Origin: Sphagnum compactum | Lineage: Eukaryota | Assembly: GCA_965153455.1 (NCBI GenBank) | Contig: OZ234493.1 | Coordinates: 8,980,213-9,044,212, forward strand | DNA: 64,000 nucleotides | Direction: 5' to 3' | Shown here: in pieces, positions 1 to 10,854 of the stretch | Numbering within the stretch: the stretch's first letter is position 1 | Layout of the letters: the number at the start of each line of letters is the position of its first letter | Program-made: the position numbers and the translations under genes | The notes under the pieces: generated by a model | The model's input: the letters and a program-made list of their open reading frames with translations, nothing else | The model's database searches: none | What the model was told of the DNA's origin: nothing

Positions 1-610
1 AGCAAATGACCATAAAACAAATACCAAACAAGGACAAAAAAAAATAATAGACATGCTTGCAGTATGAACAACAGTGCCAGTCTCACACCTGCTCAGGGAC
101 CATCAACAGTGTGGTGGATATATAACAAACATACTGAGAAAATTCTCCCAGTAATGGGAAAACATAGCCATTAAACTGCATAGCTCAACAAAACATAACA
201 GAGAAGCAGAAAACCAACGAAACCATAAGGATAGTGGAATATAACCAGAGAGAGAAAGAAGAAAAGAAATAAAAGAGAAGGAAAGGAAAACCTCAAACAA
301 AATAAGCTGGAAAAAAACTGAACTTAAAAGGGCATGAACTTCTGAGGACAGGACAGAAGCCAAATTGCAGACCTGGTGCCGGTACAGCTACACCTGGTGA
401 ATGTTGAGGAAGATAAATCTTGCCTTATTCATCAGAAATAGAGTGAAGTTTGTTCAACTGTTTGCAACTTAAGTGACAAAAAGTTTGGGTACCATTACAG
501 GCACCACTCCTGAACCACTTATCATGAAATCAAACCCTTTGAACATGGCATCAGGCAACATTGTTCCTCTGATCATAGTCTGTGGTTTGATTCCTCCACA
601 ACTGAGGAAC

Positions 611-2637
611 TCACCATCGTCGAAGCCCCCGGGCTACCATAGGATCTGATGGACATTCCACGGCCACATGCCCACGGCCCCCACAGTTGTTGCAAATAGT
701 CACCTGTAATTGGCAGTTGAGATTAATCCCTGATTATGTTGAACAACAGGTCTGATTCCATCCCTCACGCTGCCTATGTCTAAGATCAGATGTAACCCTA
801 TTAACAGTCAGCTTCAAAGGACCTGACAGGGTAAAAGGTACAGATATGATAATGTGAAGCCCACTAAATAGAGCTACATACCTGAAGACAATCCTTGCTT
901 TTGTGACCCGGTTGATGGCAGTTATGGCACACCATCTCAATGAAGCTTGGCACAACAGATCTTGGAGCAACAACAAGCTGAGGACAATCCCGAGCAATAT
1001 GGCCGGGTTGGCTGCACCCATTGCACACAGGGCTATTCACACAGTCCCGAGCTAAGTGTCCTGACTGTCTACAGTTGTTGCAAGCCTTCTCATTGGGACA
1101 GTCCACAGCAAGGTGTCCAGGTCGGTAGCAGTTGTTGCAGAGACGTGCCTTCGGAATCCCTACTTCCTGAGCTGCACAACCCTTTGCAATGTGTCCAGGC
1201 TTTCCACAGTTGTTGCAAATTGGCTCACTGCGGCACTCACTTGCAATGTGGCCGGCCTTCTTGCAGTTGCGACACAGTGGCTCCATTGGGCAAGCAGCAG
1301 CAATATGACTGTCCCAGAAACACCAAAGACAAGAGGAATGTGAACAGATAAACTCTATGCCTCAAAATTTTACTCTAATCGGTAAATCTCTGTGTGGTTA
1401 TGCTTCAATTGGAGGTCCTCTCCACTGAACCTGCACAAAGCTAACAGATTACAGTTGTGACCCTGCCTCTATATTTGACCCTTCATATGATGCAGCAGTT
1501 TCTTACCAACATCACATCCATGAGGATGGGGACTGTTTGCCCTTAACAAAGTTAAAGAAGCATTTTAAAGGGAATTTATGGGGAACACATGGCAACAGCT
1601 CCTCAAATACAAAATAGGAAACATGAGCTGCTAACTCACCCTGAAACACCACAATTGTTACAGACTGATGCATTGGGACAGTCACGGGCAAAATGGCCTG
1701 CTCGCCTGCAGTTATTGCACAGCTCAGCTGGAGCTCTGGAAATGATCACACATATCAGAGTTAGTTCCTGACCTAGCCATTAAAGAAATAGGTTAATACC
1801 AACCAATTGACCTGTAGGAATAACTTACAAAGTCCTTGCTAAACTGACCAGCACAACCAGTGACACAAGTGTCACAAATGCTTCAGGTACTGAAGCCTGC
1901 TGAATACTGTCCTCCATCTCTCCTCCAGGTATCTAGTTTGAACAACTGGAGAAAAAGAGACCATTAGGAAACCCTAACTGATACCATGAATGGTGATTCC
2001 CATACGATACTCAAGGAAGTAAAAGCAAGGTAAGATGTGTACCCTGTCCAAAAAACTCCAACAAAAAATTTCCCCACAACCCCTTCCCCAACTCTTCATC
2101 GACATCCACAAGACACCTATCTCCAGTTCATCATCACACCTTACATAATTTCCCTTCCAACAACCATTTCTCCCCACCTTCCTCAAAACCCTACTTCCTT
2201 CTCCACCCCTTCAACAGCTCAAATATCATCCCCCACCCCATAACCCCAACACGCTCAACATCATCACGCCCACTACCCTCATCCCCACAAATCCCCCATT
2301 TCTGCCTTCTTTTTTCCCTCTTTCCAGATTTTTCTTCTTGTGCTTCATATACTTCATCATCATCGTCATCTTTTCTTCTTCTTCTTCTTCATTATCTTCA
2401 TCACCTGGTCGAAGCCGAACGGACCCCGAAACCCCCGTTCTCACGCCCATAGCTCTTGTATGGCAAACTTCGCCTCAATGCCCTCTTCCCCACAATCCCG
2501 CTCTGCATCCGCCGTCGCCCACCACCACCTCCACCACCTCCTCCTCCTCCTGCTCCTCCCCCGCCATTTGTACCGCGCGCAGCTAGGTCGTCCAAGCTCA
2601 TACCCAGCTTGGTCTGCGTATCCAGAGACGCCGACAT
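611..2637 (-). CDS. CCHC zinc-knuckle (GIS2/CNBP-like) RNA-binding protein, 4 coding exons, ~282 aa, 9 knuckles
   Basis: Exons 2637-2405, 1735-1640, 1308-882 and 703-611 join in frame across GT-AG introns. The product has nine CX2CX4HX4C motifs (e.g. CNNCRRAGHFARDC, CRNCKKAGHIASEC, CNNCGGRGHVAVEC) after an N-terminal MSASLDTQTKLGMSLDDL plus Gly/Arg-rich segment. ATG at 2637, TGA at 613-611. Confidence 0.9.
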
Positions 2638-3211
2638 CAAACCCTAACCCACTAACCCACCTGTAATCCTCCACGCTGCCTCTTCGGCAGATCTTTGTCT
2701 CCGCTACGTCCTAAGCGAAGCTCAAACTCCGAAGCGACGGGTTTGGCCGCCGCTTGTTATGGAACGGCCGATGAAGCACGCAGAGCGATGAGAAGAATGC
2801 GTTACCAAGAAGAATATGCAGAAACGACTGCATTTAAAAGAAATCTCAGAAAAAACTTACGGTTAGGGTTGAAGGAAAACTTAGGGTTAGGGTTAGGGCT
2901 GAAACGTTATCTGATGCCATACCGCATGTCATATTAGGGTTGGAGGAGGACGCACTCCTCTCCCTCCGAGCTCCCTCGTCTCATCTCTGGCCCTGTGTTT
3001 TGTATTGATCTCAATAGCTGCTACAGTTGGAGGTCAATGGAGCATAGCAACTGCTCATAACGTGAACGTTGGCAATATCATGGTCTCGAGCAAATGTTTT
3101 GTTCTCTTCTTCCCACTCAGTAGCTCTGCAGTTTCGGTATGCTGTTTCTGGTGTTGTTGACGAGCAGGTGCCCTGGCAATTGAGGCTCAGCTCGGGAGCT
3201 GTTGTTGAGGT
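2638..3211. promoter_or_regulatory. Short bidirectional promoter region with telo-box/telomere-like motifs
   Basis: Only 574 bp separate the divergent ATGs at 2637 and 3212. Contains AAACCCTAA at ~2639-2647, TTAGGGTT at ~2863 and ~2934, (TTAGGG)3 at 2881-2898, and one AACGG core at 2763-2767. Confidence 0.6.
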
Positions 3212-6200
3212 ATGGGGGTGCTTGCAGCAGGGCCTAGCTTGCAAGAGCTGGTGTCGTTCACCCCGGGAGTAGAATTGGATGAGTCGGCTCCGTTGTCGGC
3301 CTCCGACCTCCACACGCTGCTGGACAGAATCGAATCTCGGTCCGAGGAGATCAAAGATCGTGTGCACAAAACGGTGACCAAGAATTACCATCAATTTTTG
3401 AGTATCATCTCCGGTGCCAATGGGACCGTGGCGGACGTCGGGGCCATTGCTCGGGATCTGAAGTCTATTCTCGACGCACTTGGGGAGAGGAGAGAAGAAG
3501 GAGGGGGGGGACAACAACAGGACGGCGGTGCGACCGAAGCTCGTCTTTCGTTTGATCTCGAAATTTGTCAATTGGCTGCAGATGCGGAGAAGTTACGTCG
3601 CGATGGCGAAGAGAGAGAGCAGGCGGTTGCTGTGGTGCAAGCCATTGCTGAGCTTCACGAGACCTTGCAGAGCACGGAGAGGGAGTTCCTTGACGGTCGC
3701 TTGATCGAGGCCTCAGGTGCCTTGTGCGAATTGCGGGAGTCTCTCGGTTTGCCTGCAGACTGGACAGGTGATAGGGATGATCAGAAAGCTAGGGAGAATC
3801 AAGAAAAGATCAACCCATATACGTTCTTACAAGACGCCTGGGAAACTTGCTATTCAAAGGTCAGTCAAGCTGCCCTCCACAATTTGCATAGTTCTGAAGT
3901 AAATTGAGCTGTGGTGGAAACCCTAAGCCAAAATTTGGAAGTAATTCTCTGTTGTCAGTGCTACTTACAAGATTGTGCAATTGTTGCAGTTAATATCATT
4001 CTTGGAGGATCTATTCTTGCAATCAGTGGTGCTGGATGAAAGCACATGTGAGCTGCGTGTGACACCATGTCTGCCCTGTGGAGATTCTGATTCTGGGGTG
4101 GATATAGTTGAAGTGGAGCTGTGGACCATTCTTGCAGCAATGGATGTGCGTGCTCAGATCATTTGCCAGTTTAATTGCATTTGTCTCTTTGACTTAGCCT
4201 TTATCTATGATTACAACAGTGAATGTGAACTGCACGTGTTTTTACAGAATGTTGGGATGCTCAACATGCGGCTTGCAAAACTAGGTGATATTCTGTTCAA
4301 GGGAGTTCTCGAGCCCATTCTTCACGATATGCAAATTGAGGTGGTGATTGGGGAGCTGGTGAGCAGCACGAGCCAGCAAAGGAAGGCTGTTCTCAGTTGG
4401 AGGTCTCATGAATATCAGGTGCCTGCATGTGCCCTTGCTGTAAGGTCTCTGACATCTTTTCAGTTACTGTACTCATCTTGAAAATTGGATTTCAAGCACT
4501 ACTCACTGGCAGTTGCTATGTTTATGAACTGATCAATTTGGGGGTGGGAGGGGTGTCTCTCTCAGTCAGACATTGCAGGACAAAAAGATGTGTATTCAAA
4601 ACTCCTCAAGGTTTTCAGCTTTTTGAGGACAAATCTGCTAGTTGAGAATGACCAATGGGTGCAATGCCTGGGGCGTATCATATGGCCTAGACTGGCAGAG
4701 GCCATCATTACAAAACAGCTACGTAAGGTATTTTCAATGGATTTCAGGTTTATGTCAGTGTTCTGCTGTTGTTGTCCAAAAATCTTCAGATATATTCTCT
4801 GGTGTTTTCTAGGAAGACATATTTTTTTGGAGATTGGTATTGCTGGTGTTCTGTGTGTTGCTGGCTTTAATAGTCAATCTCTTTCTATTATTAAAAAAAA
4901 TTGCAAGCATGCTCATTTTATGGTGAAACATCATGAGATTCTGGTTGGACATCACTCAGATTCCAGCAAACCATCCTGTCACCTTTGAAATTTTCCAGTT
5001 ATGCAGAAGTGAAGTGTTTAGACAATCACTTATTGCTTTTGGTGCAACTTCGCGAGCCTAAGGAAGCTGCATGAGGTCTGTATCAAACCTCATATTTTTT
5101 ATGTCTTTTGCAGTCTGTTCCAAATGATATCGCAGAGCTTGCAGAATTTCAGAAGTCAGCCAATGTCACAGCAGAATTTGAGGCATGTTTGGGAAGCGCA
5201 GGCTTGATTCCAGACTGGGATGAGACCAAAGGTGATAGGCTTAGCAAGTTCTCATCAGATGTGGAGGTCCACTTTGCCCTGAAAAAGAAGAAGCATGTCC
5301 TGGCAAAGGCACGTTCTCTGCTTGTTCAGAATGACTACACAAAGTTTGAGGTATGATTCTTTCCTTAATGAACAAATTAAGTTCTGTTTCAACTGTTTCC
5401 AAGATGACATCCCTCTAGGTACATCTGATATGATAATCATGTGGTGGCTGTCTTCCAGAGTAATAATGAGGAAATTGGCACGAAGGATTCAGATGAAAAT
5501 GGTGATATGTCATTGTTGTGGGCAGAGAAATGTGCCATTACCTACCCAGCCAAACAGTTGCTGGAGTTAATGCACAAAACTCTGCAGGTACTGTACTAAT
5601 GCCTGTGCTTTATGTAATGTTTGTAGTCTGATTTGATGTCAATTCAGATGCTTTGGTTTAGGAGAAGGTTGGAACATGCTCTTTTGCCATTGGTTCCCTT
5701 TTTGTATTTTGTATTGTTGAAATCCAGTCATTTTTCTTTGATGTGTGGGCATGATCAGGCATGTGATGCATCAGTCACCTTCAAAGACTTTTTGTGCATT
5801 TTTCTTTGATCTCAGTGTTCCCTTCTTTGTTATCATGGGGCATGTAGGATGCATGTATGTCAACTCCACAGATAGCAATGGAGCTCTACCATGCTGCTCG
5901 TGATGCCATTCTCCTCTATCGCTCCATTGTTCCTGTGATGGTGGGCTACATTTCTGAAGGACACTTGCTTGTAAGTTGCATCACCTCTAAATTTGGTAAC
6001 CAGAAATGCCATTGTTCTCTCTTGATGACTCTTGTTCAATTAAGATTTGCCTAGATTCATTCCTTGCAACTTTGATGATATAAGTTTTTGGTCTCTGAAG
6101 GTGGCAGGACAGCTAGATAGTGTACACCGGGTTCCTGCACTCTGTCACAATGACTGCTTCCATATTGCTCACCAGCTACTCCTTCTGAAATTCCAGGTGA

Positions 6201-9115
6201 CTACCCTCTTATTTGGTCTTCCTTTGTTCTGTAATGGAACATTTGTTTTGGAAAGTGCCTCAGTTTGTGCCATTGGTTCTCCACTCAATGAAGAAAGCTT
6301 TTGTTGTAGCCTTCACACACAGTAGTGATGGTTCTGAGACTGTGTGGGTGGAGACAGTATTGTGGTGCACTTCCCTCCAATGTCCAGGAAGTCTTCACTT
6401 TTGTTGACTTGGTCCCACTGTTCCGCCGGCTGGGGTGCGATATTCTTGAGGGACATTTGCACTTGATCAAATTGAACCTTATGGAGGTGAGGTCTTACTC
6501 AGGGGTCCTTAGATATTGTCTCAACTGAGGTGAATTGTTAGACATATTTCAGGGTTTTATTGTGGAACAGAACGAGTGAATGGTTGTCCCTGTTCAGTTT
6601 GTTTATAACCCTTGAACATTAGGGTATGCCTGGTGATGACCACACGCTCTTGGCTTTCCTGTAACAATTCAGGGAGAGAACCCATTGATGCAAGGGTTAA
6701 TTGAGGAAAGTGTGGATTGGTGTCTTCGGGGACCTTTTCCTCCAATTCTTTCACTGAAATTGCATTGTCTTGGGTCTTTGATGAGGATGTCTCAAGATTT
6801 TGTGAGCTCACAGACAAGGATTTACCCTGTAGCTTCTTAACCATCATCAGAGACCCTGGAAGAAGAGAAATGAGACTTTCGCAACTGTAATCACTGGTAG
6901 CTTGGTTTCAGTACCCTACAGTACCCATTTGTACATGAGCACTTTGAAAAAGAATTTAAGTGATGACATGAATATATTATTGCAGGCTCTAAATCATGCA
7001 AATGGATTCCAGTTCACAGACCAGAAAAAGCACTTTGACACTGCCAACAATGCACTACACCAGGTATGTTTCCTTTGATTGTTTAGATTTGACAAGGAAT
7101 TTGGAAGGTTGGTTCATTTCATACTTTCAGACCTGGTGCAGCTATGAAACATGTCTATACCCCCAAGGCTTCTGCATGTATGTAAATGACTACAGTTTCA
7201 CTTCTGTCGTATTTCTGTAAGGAATATCATGTCAATGGTTTGCAAGGATTTTGAGAGGATATATCTCATCCTGCAGGTGTTTACAGATGGACATGCAAGT
7301 TTGTGGACAGTGACAGAGAAGCTTAGATGTGTGTCCAAGTGGCTTGTTTGTACCTTAGTTTGCTTGGTAGTCACCAGTGGTGTTTGGAGAATATGTTCAG
7401 GGTTAAGGAGATCTAAACCACTACACTCTATGTAGGCCTCTCTATGCATTAGGCTTAGATGCTTGCTTGTAGGTGAGCACACATAAATGAAATGAAGCTT
7501 ACCCTCACAAGCTTGTTGCAGCTTGAATGAGGATACTATTGACATTCTTAATTAACTATGTTTGCCAACAACATGACTGAGTCTTCCCACCTATGTAAAT
7601 GCAACTGAAATTCAGGATACAGATGACCAAAATTTCAGGCAGATTTTTATATGCTAATCTACACCCACTGTTAGAAGCTGATGAAGTCAGTGGGTTGTAG
7701 TTGCAGCTGGTCACTAGCATTCACAGTGAAGGTGATAGTCTGGTACTTTGTGAGTGACATTTATAAGTTTATGACTACAGTGAGTCTTATTGTCTTAGTT
7801 TTGGTTTTGCTGGAATGGACAGAATACTTTCCTTCAAATTGTTATTCTTGAGTTCTCTCTGCAATCTCATAGATATGAGTTTGCATTCCTGATTGCTTGA
7901 ATGTGTCTGGTCCTTGCAGATGATGATTGTGTTGACCACAGTGTTGAAGATATGGCAACCACTTCTAGCTGCCAGTCTGTGTGAACTAGCAATGGGCAAG
8001 CTGCTTGAAGCTGTAGTCGGCCGACTTGTCAATGAAGTGCTGGCTTTTGAAGATATTTCAGTCGAAGAATGTGGAAAGGTATATTTTGCAAAATTCTTTG
8101 ATGACAGCATCTTAATAGCAGAAATCTCAGCCATATCCAGAGCTATTTTTACATGAAATTGTCTGTAGGTCCACTTTCAGCATTAAGAGGTCATTCATGT
8201 TGTCTTGTGTTTTCAAATGGGTGTTCTCTGATTTTTCTTGTGTCTGCTAGTAGTCACCACACTCATGGGAAGTGGTTGGTGCCTGAATTTGACAATTTTG
8301 TGTATATCTTGTTTTTGATGGATTGTGATGGTTGGGCGCAGTTGCGCAAGTTGATGCTGTTGGCACTTGAGAGCTTGTCCCAACTTCTGGGGTCTGCCTC
8401 TGGAGAAGGCAATGGTCCAGATGTCACCCAATCAAGGGATGCTGCTGAAAAGTTGGTTCCTTCATGGCGCAAACTGGCTCGTCTTACAGGCATGTGAATA
8501 CTAAGAAGCTCTTCTCATTTGAGATTTCTGTAAAAAGTATCAGACCTCCTAAGTTAAGCTGCATGATTATATTTGTGTAGGCTTGGGTTTTCCAAGTATG
8601 GATCATGCTTAAATGTCAACATGTGTGACTGGAATGGGAGCTGAACTGATATTGAATCAAGTCTAGGTTTTTGGGGTTCTGCAGATTTGCTGGACATGTC
8701 ACTCAGACCCATCACCCAATCTTGGGAGAGTGGAGACTTGACTTCGTGTGGTTTTTCTTCTGAGGAGGTACTGTCACCTAGTCACCTAACAGGCTAATTT
8801 GGTGGATGACACAGCTATTGCATTGCCCTTCTCTTCTATCTGAGATGTCTTGTGAACCAGAAGATATCACCCAGAGTTTAGGTTCAGATTTGGACCTGAC
8901 ATCATCAGAAAGAACAACCTACACATTTAGGAGATCATTATTCAGTATGGGGGTCACAGTTCTTCATGTAAAAGATGTGTACACTAGCTTGCCTTTGGTG
9001 GAAAGCCAGCTAAATTGATGTATCTTTATGTCTGTAGGTGCAAAAGTTGATCAAGGCCATCTTCTCTGAGACCCCTCTGAGAACTGAATGTCTAGCCCGG
9101 ATCTCTTCTCATTAA
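3212..9115 (+). CDS. ZW10: Centromere/kinetochore protein ZW10 homolog (RZZ/NRZ subunit), 14 exons
   Basis: In-frame exons: 3212-3859, 3990-4145, 4248-4418, 4566-4727, 5114-5350, 5459-5587, 5848-5940, 6101-6196, 6358-6486, 6986-7063, 7920-8078, 8342-8489, 8685-8767, 9038-9115. Motifs recognised from plant ZW10: APLSASDLHTLLDRI, VEVHFALKKKKHVLAKARSLL, ELYHAARDAILLY, HNDCFHIAH, FEDISVEEC, DLLDMSLRPITQSWESGDL, EEVQKLIKAIFSETPLRTECL. Confidence 0.92.
7370..7800 (+). repeat. Copy of an unclassified intron-resident dispersed repeat (ZW10 intron 10)
   Basis: Its reverse complement aligns by eye with 23055-23560, 30100-30485 and 33000-33105 (shared gcaagcatcta.gccta...agaggccta.atagag.gtagtggtt...ccctgaacata). 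Boundaries approximate. Confidence 0.75.
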
Positions 9116-10854
9116 GGAGAGACTTGGTGCGGTTTCACCAGTGCCTACTACTGAAATAGCATGCAGAGTGCACCCTTTCATTATCAGCCATAGGTTCTTG
9201 CTATGCCTTAAAGCCCCAACAATTGGGCAGTAGGCTTACTATTTTGGGTGTGGCAGCAGCAATTATTCACCCACAATGGTTGTCTGGGATTGTTTTTTGC
9301 TGAGGTAGGTTGGTCAATCTGAATGTAGCAAAAGGTGATGACCAAGTTTTCTTAGTCCATTTCACCTTGATTTACATACCTTTGTGTACAGGTCTATTTA
9401 ACCACAACTTGCCAGCAGAATCCTCTTATCCTCAGCCTAATGTCTGGCCCCATGATTTTATCTAGTGGGTTACTGCAACTGGACTGTAGACACTTACAAT
9501 CCAGGACCATACTTTCAGTTGAGTGTCAAGGATTTTCTTGCTCTGACCTGGTCACATGTTGGTCTCTAATGGTGTGCAGTAAATAGATGCTTGAGCCACT
9601 GACTTGTGGATCTACATCCCAACAAGTTGGCCTCTCTCTAGGAAATTACACTTTTGTTGTGTGTGACTGCACTGCCAAAGGTCTTGTCTCATGGGTAAAC
9701 TCCTGTAAAGCTATCCTGCTGGTGATAATGACCAAATTCATTACTGTCATATATTTTGATTTGCTGGAATTGTGATATCTTCAATAACCATTCTCGAATG
9801 ACCCAGAGTATGCATATGTTGATATGATTTGTATGTTCATTCAAATATGTCTATTACTGCTAAGTTTTGGATTATCAATGGCCACTGTTACAGTTGCATT
9901 ACTGAAGTTTTATTTCTTTCTCAGATGTTTAGCCTTCTTGTCCTTCTGCAGAATAAGGACTAACCTCTCAAATTTCTATTGAAGAACTAGGGGTTTGCTA
10001 AATACAGAGTAATTTCCTCAAGGAATTTCTGTGTTTGGACACCAACAAATGATGTTACAAAGTCTCTTCTACATTGCAGAGCTTTTTGGAGTTTAGACTG
10101 ATGATTTTACAAGAACATTTTGAATAGCACCTGGTAACAGCTGCTTCTCTATGTTTTTCCTTCTTATAATTTCTCTTCATGCATGCATGCTAGATTCATG
10201 GCAAGTTTATGGAGTTTCCTGGTTACTTTAAACACCAGGTGGTATTACCAGCATGCTTTTCTAATTTCTGGTACTCCAGTTCTATAATTGAACATATGAA
10301 CAAACTAAGTATATGGGAGAGAAATCACTGAATGACTGGCCAGACACCTTGGTACATACGGGCTACTACTAACCCATAAGGACTGATTTCACAATAAGGC
10401 CTGATTTCACAATTGGTCTAGAATGCACCAAAAAAATTGTCTGCAGCTAGGGTCATTCCACATTTGACTTCTCTCAGTGTTCCACAAGAGGTTATGCTGC
10501 ATCATGACCTCTTATGAGAGATCCAATATTTGCTATGACAACTGAATTTTGACTTTTGCTTGGGGTAATGTTTTGTTCTGAATGAGGCTAAAAACATCTA
10601 CTATGGAGCTGATAAACTTAATTTAGGACATTTAAGTCCCATGCCTGCCAATCACATCAGTTAACTAAGAAAGAAGTTTCAACTTGTCCTGCAGCCCCAG
10701 TAGCAACATTTGCCCTTGCCTGTGGGGCAGATCCACAAGATCTCCACAGAATTTCGAAAAGTCATAAAAGAAGATCAAGTCATCCAGTTGAATCAAGATG
10801 ATTAATATTTGCACAAGCAGCAATGTTTCAAAAACTGTGCAAAACAGTAGTGTA

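Noticed and set aside
947..1351. Cys-rich 134-aa plus-strand ORF
   Set aside because: It is antisense to the repetitive zinc-knuckle exon and explained by that exon's codon pattern.
3011..3571. 186-aa minus-strand ORF
   Set aside because: It is the antisense shadow of ZW10 exon 1 and has no recognisable protein features.
10374..10412. Short (~18-bp) tandem duplication (ataagg.ctgatttcaca)
   Set aside because: A trivial local slippage event with no further structure.
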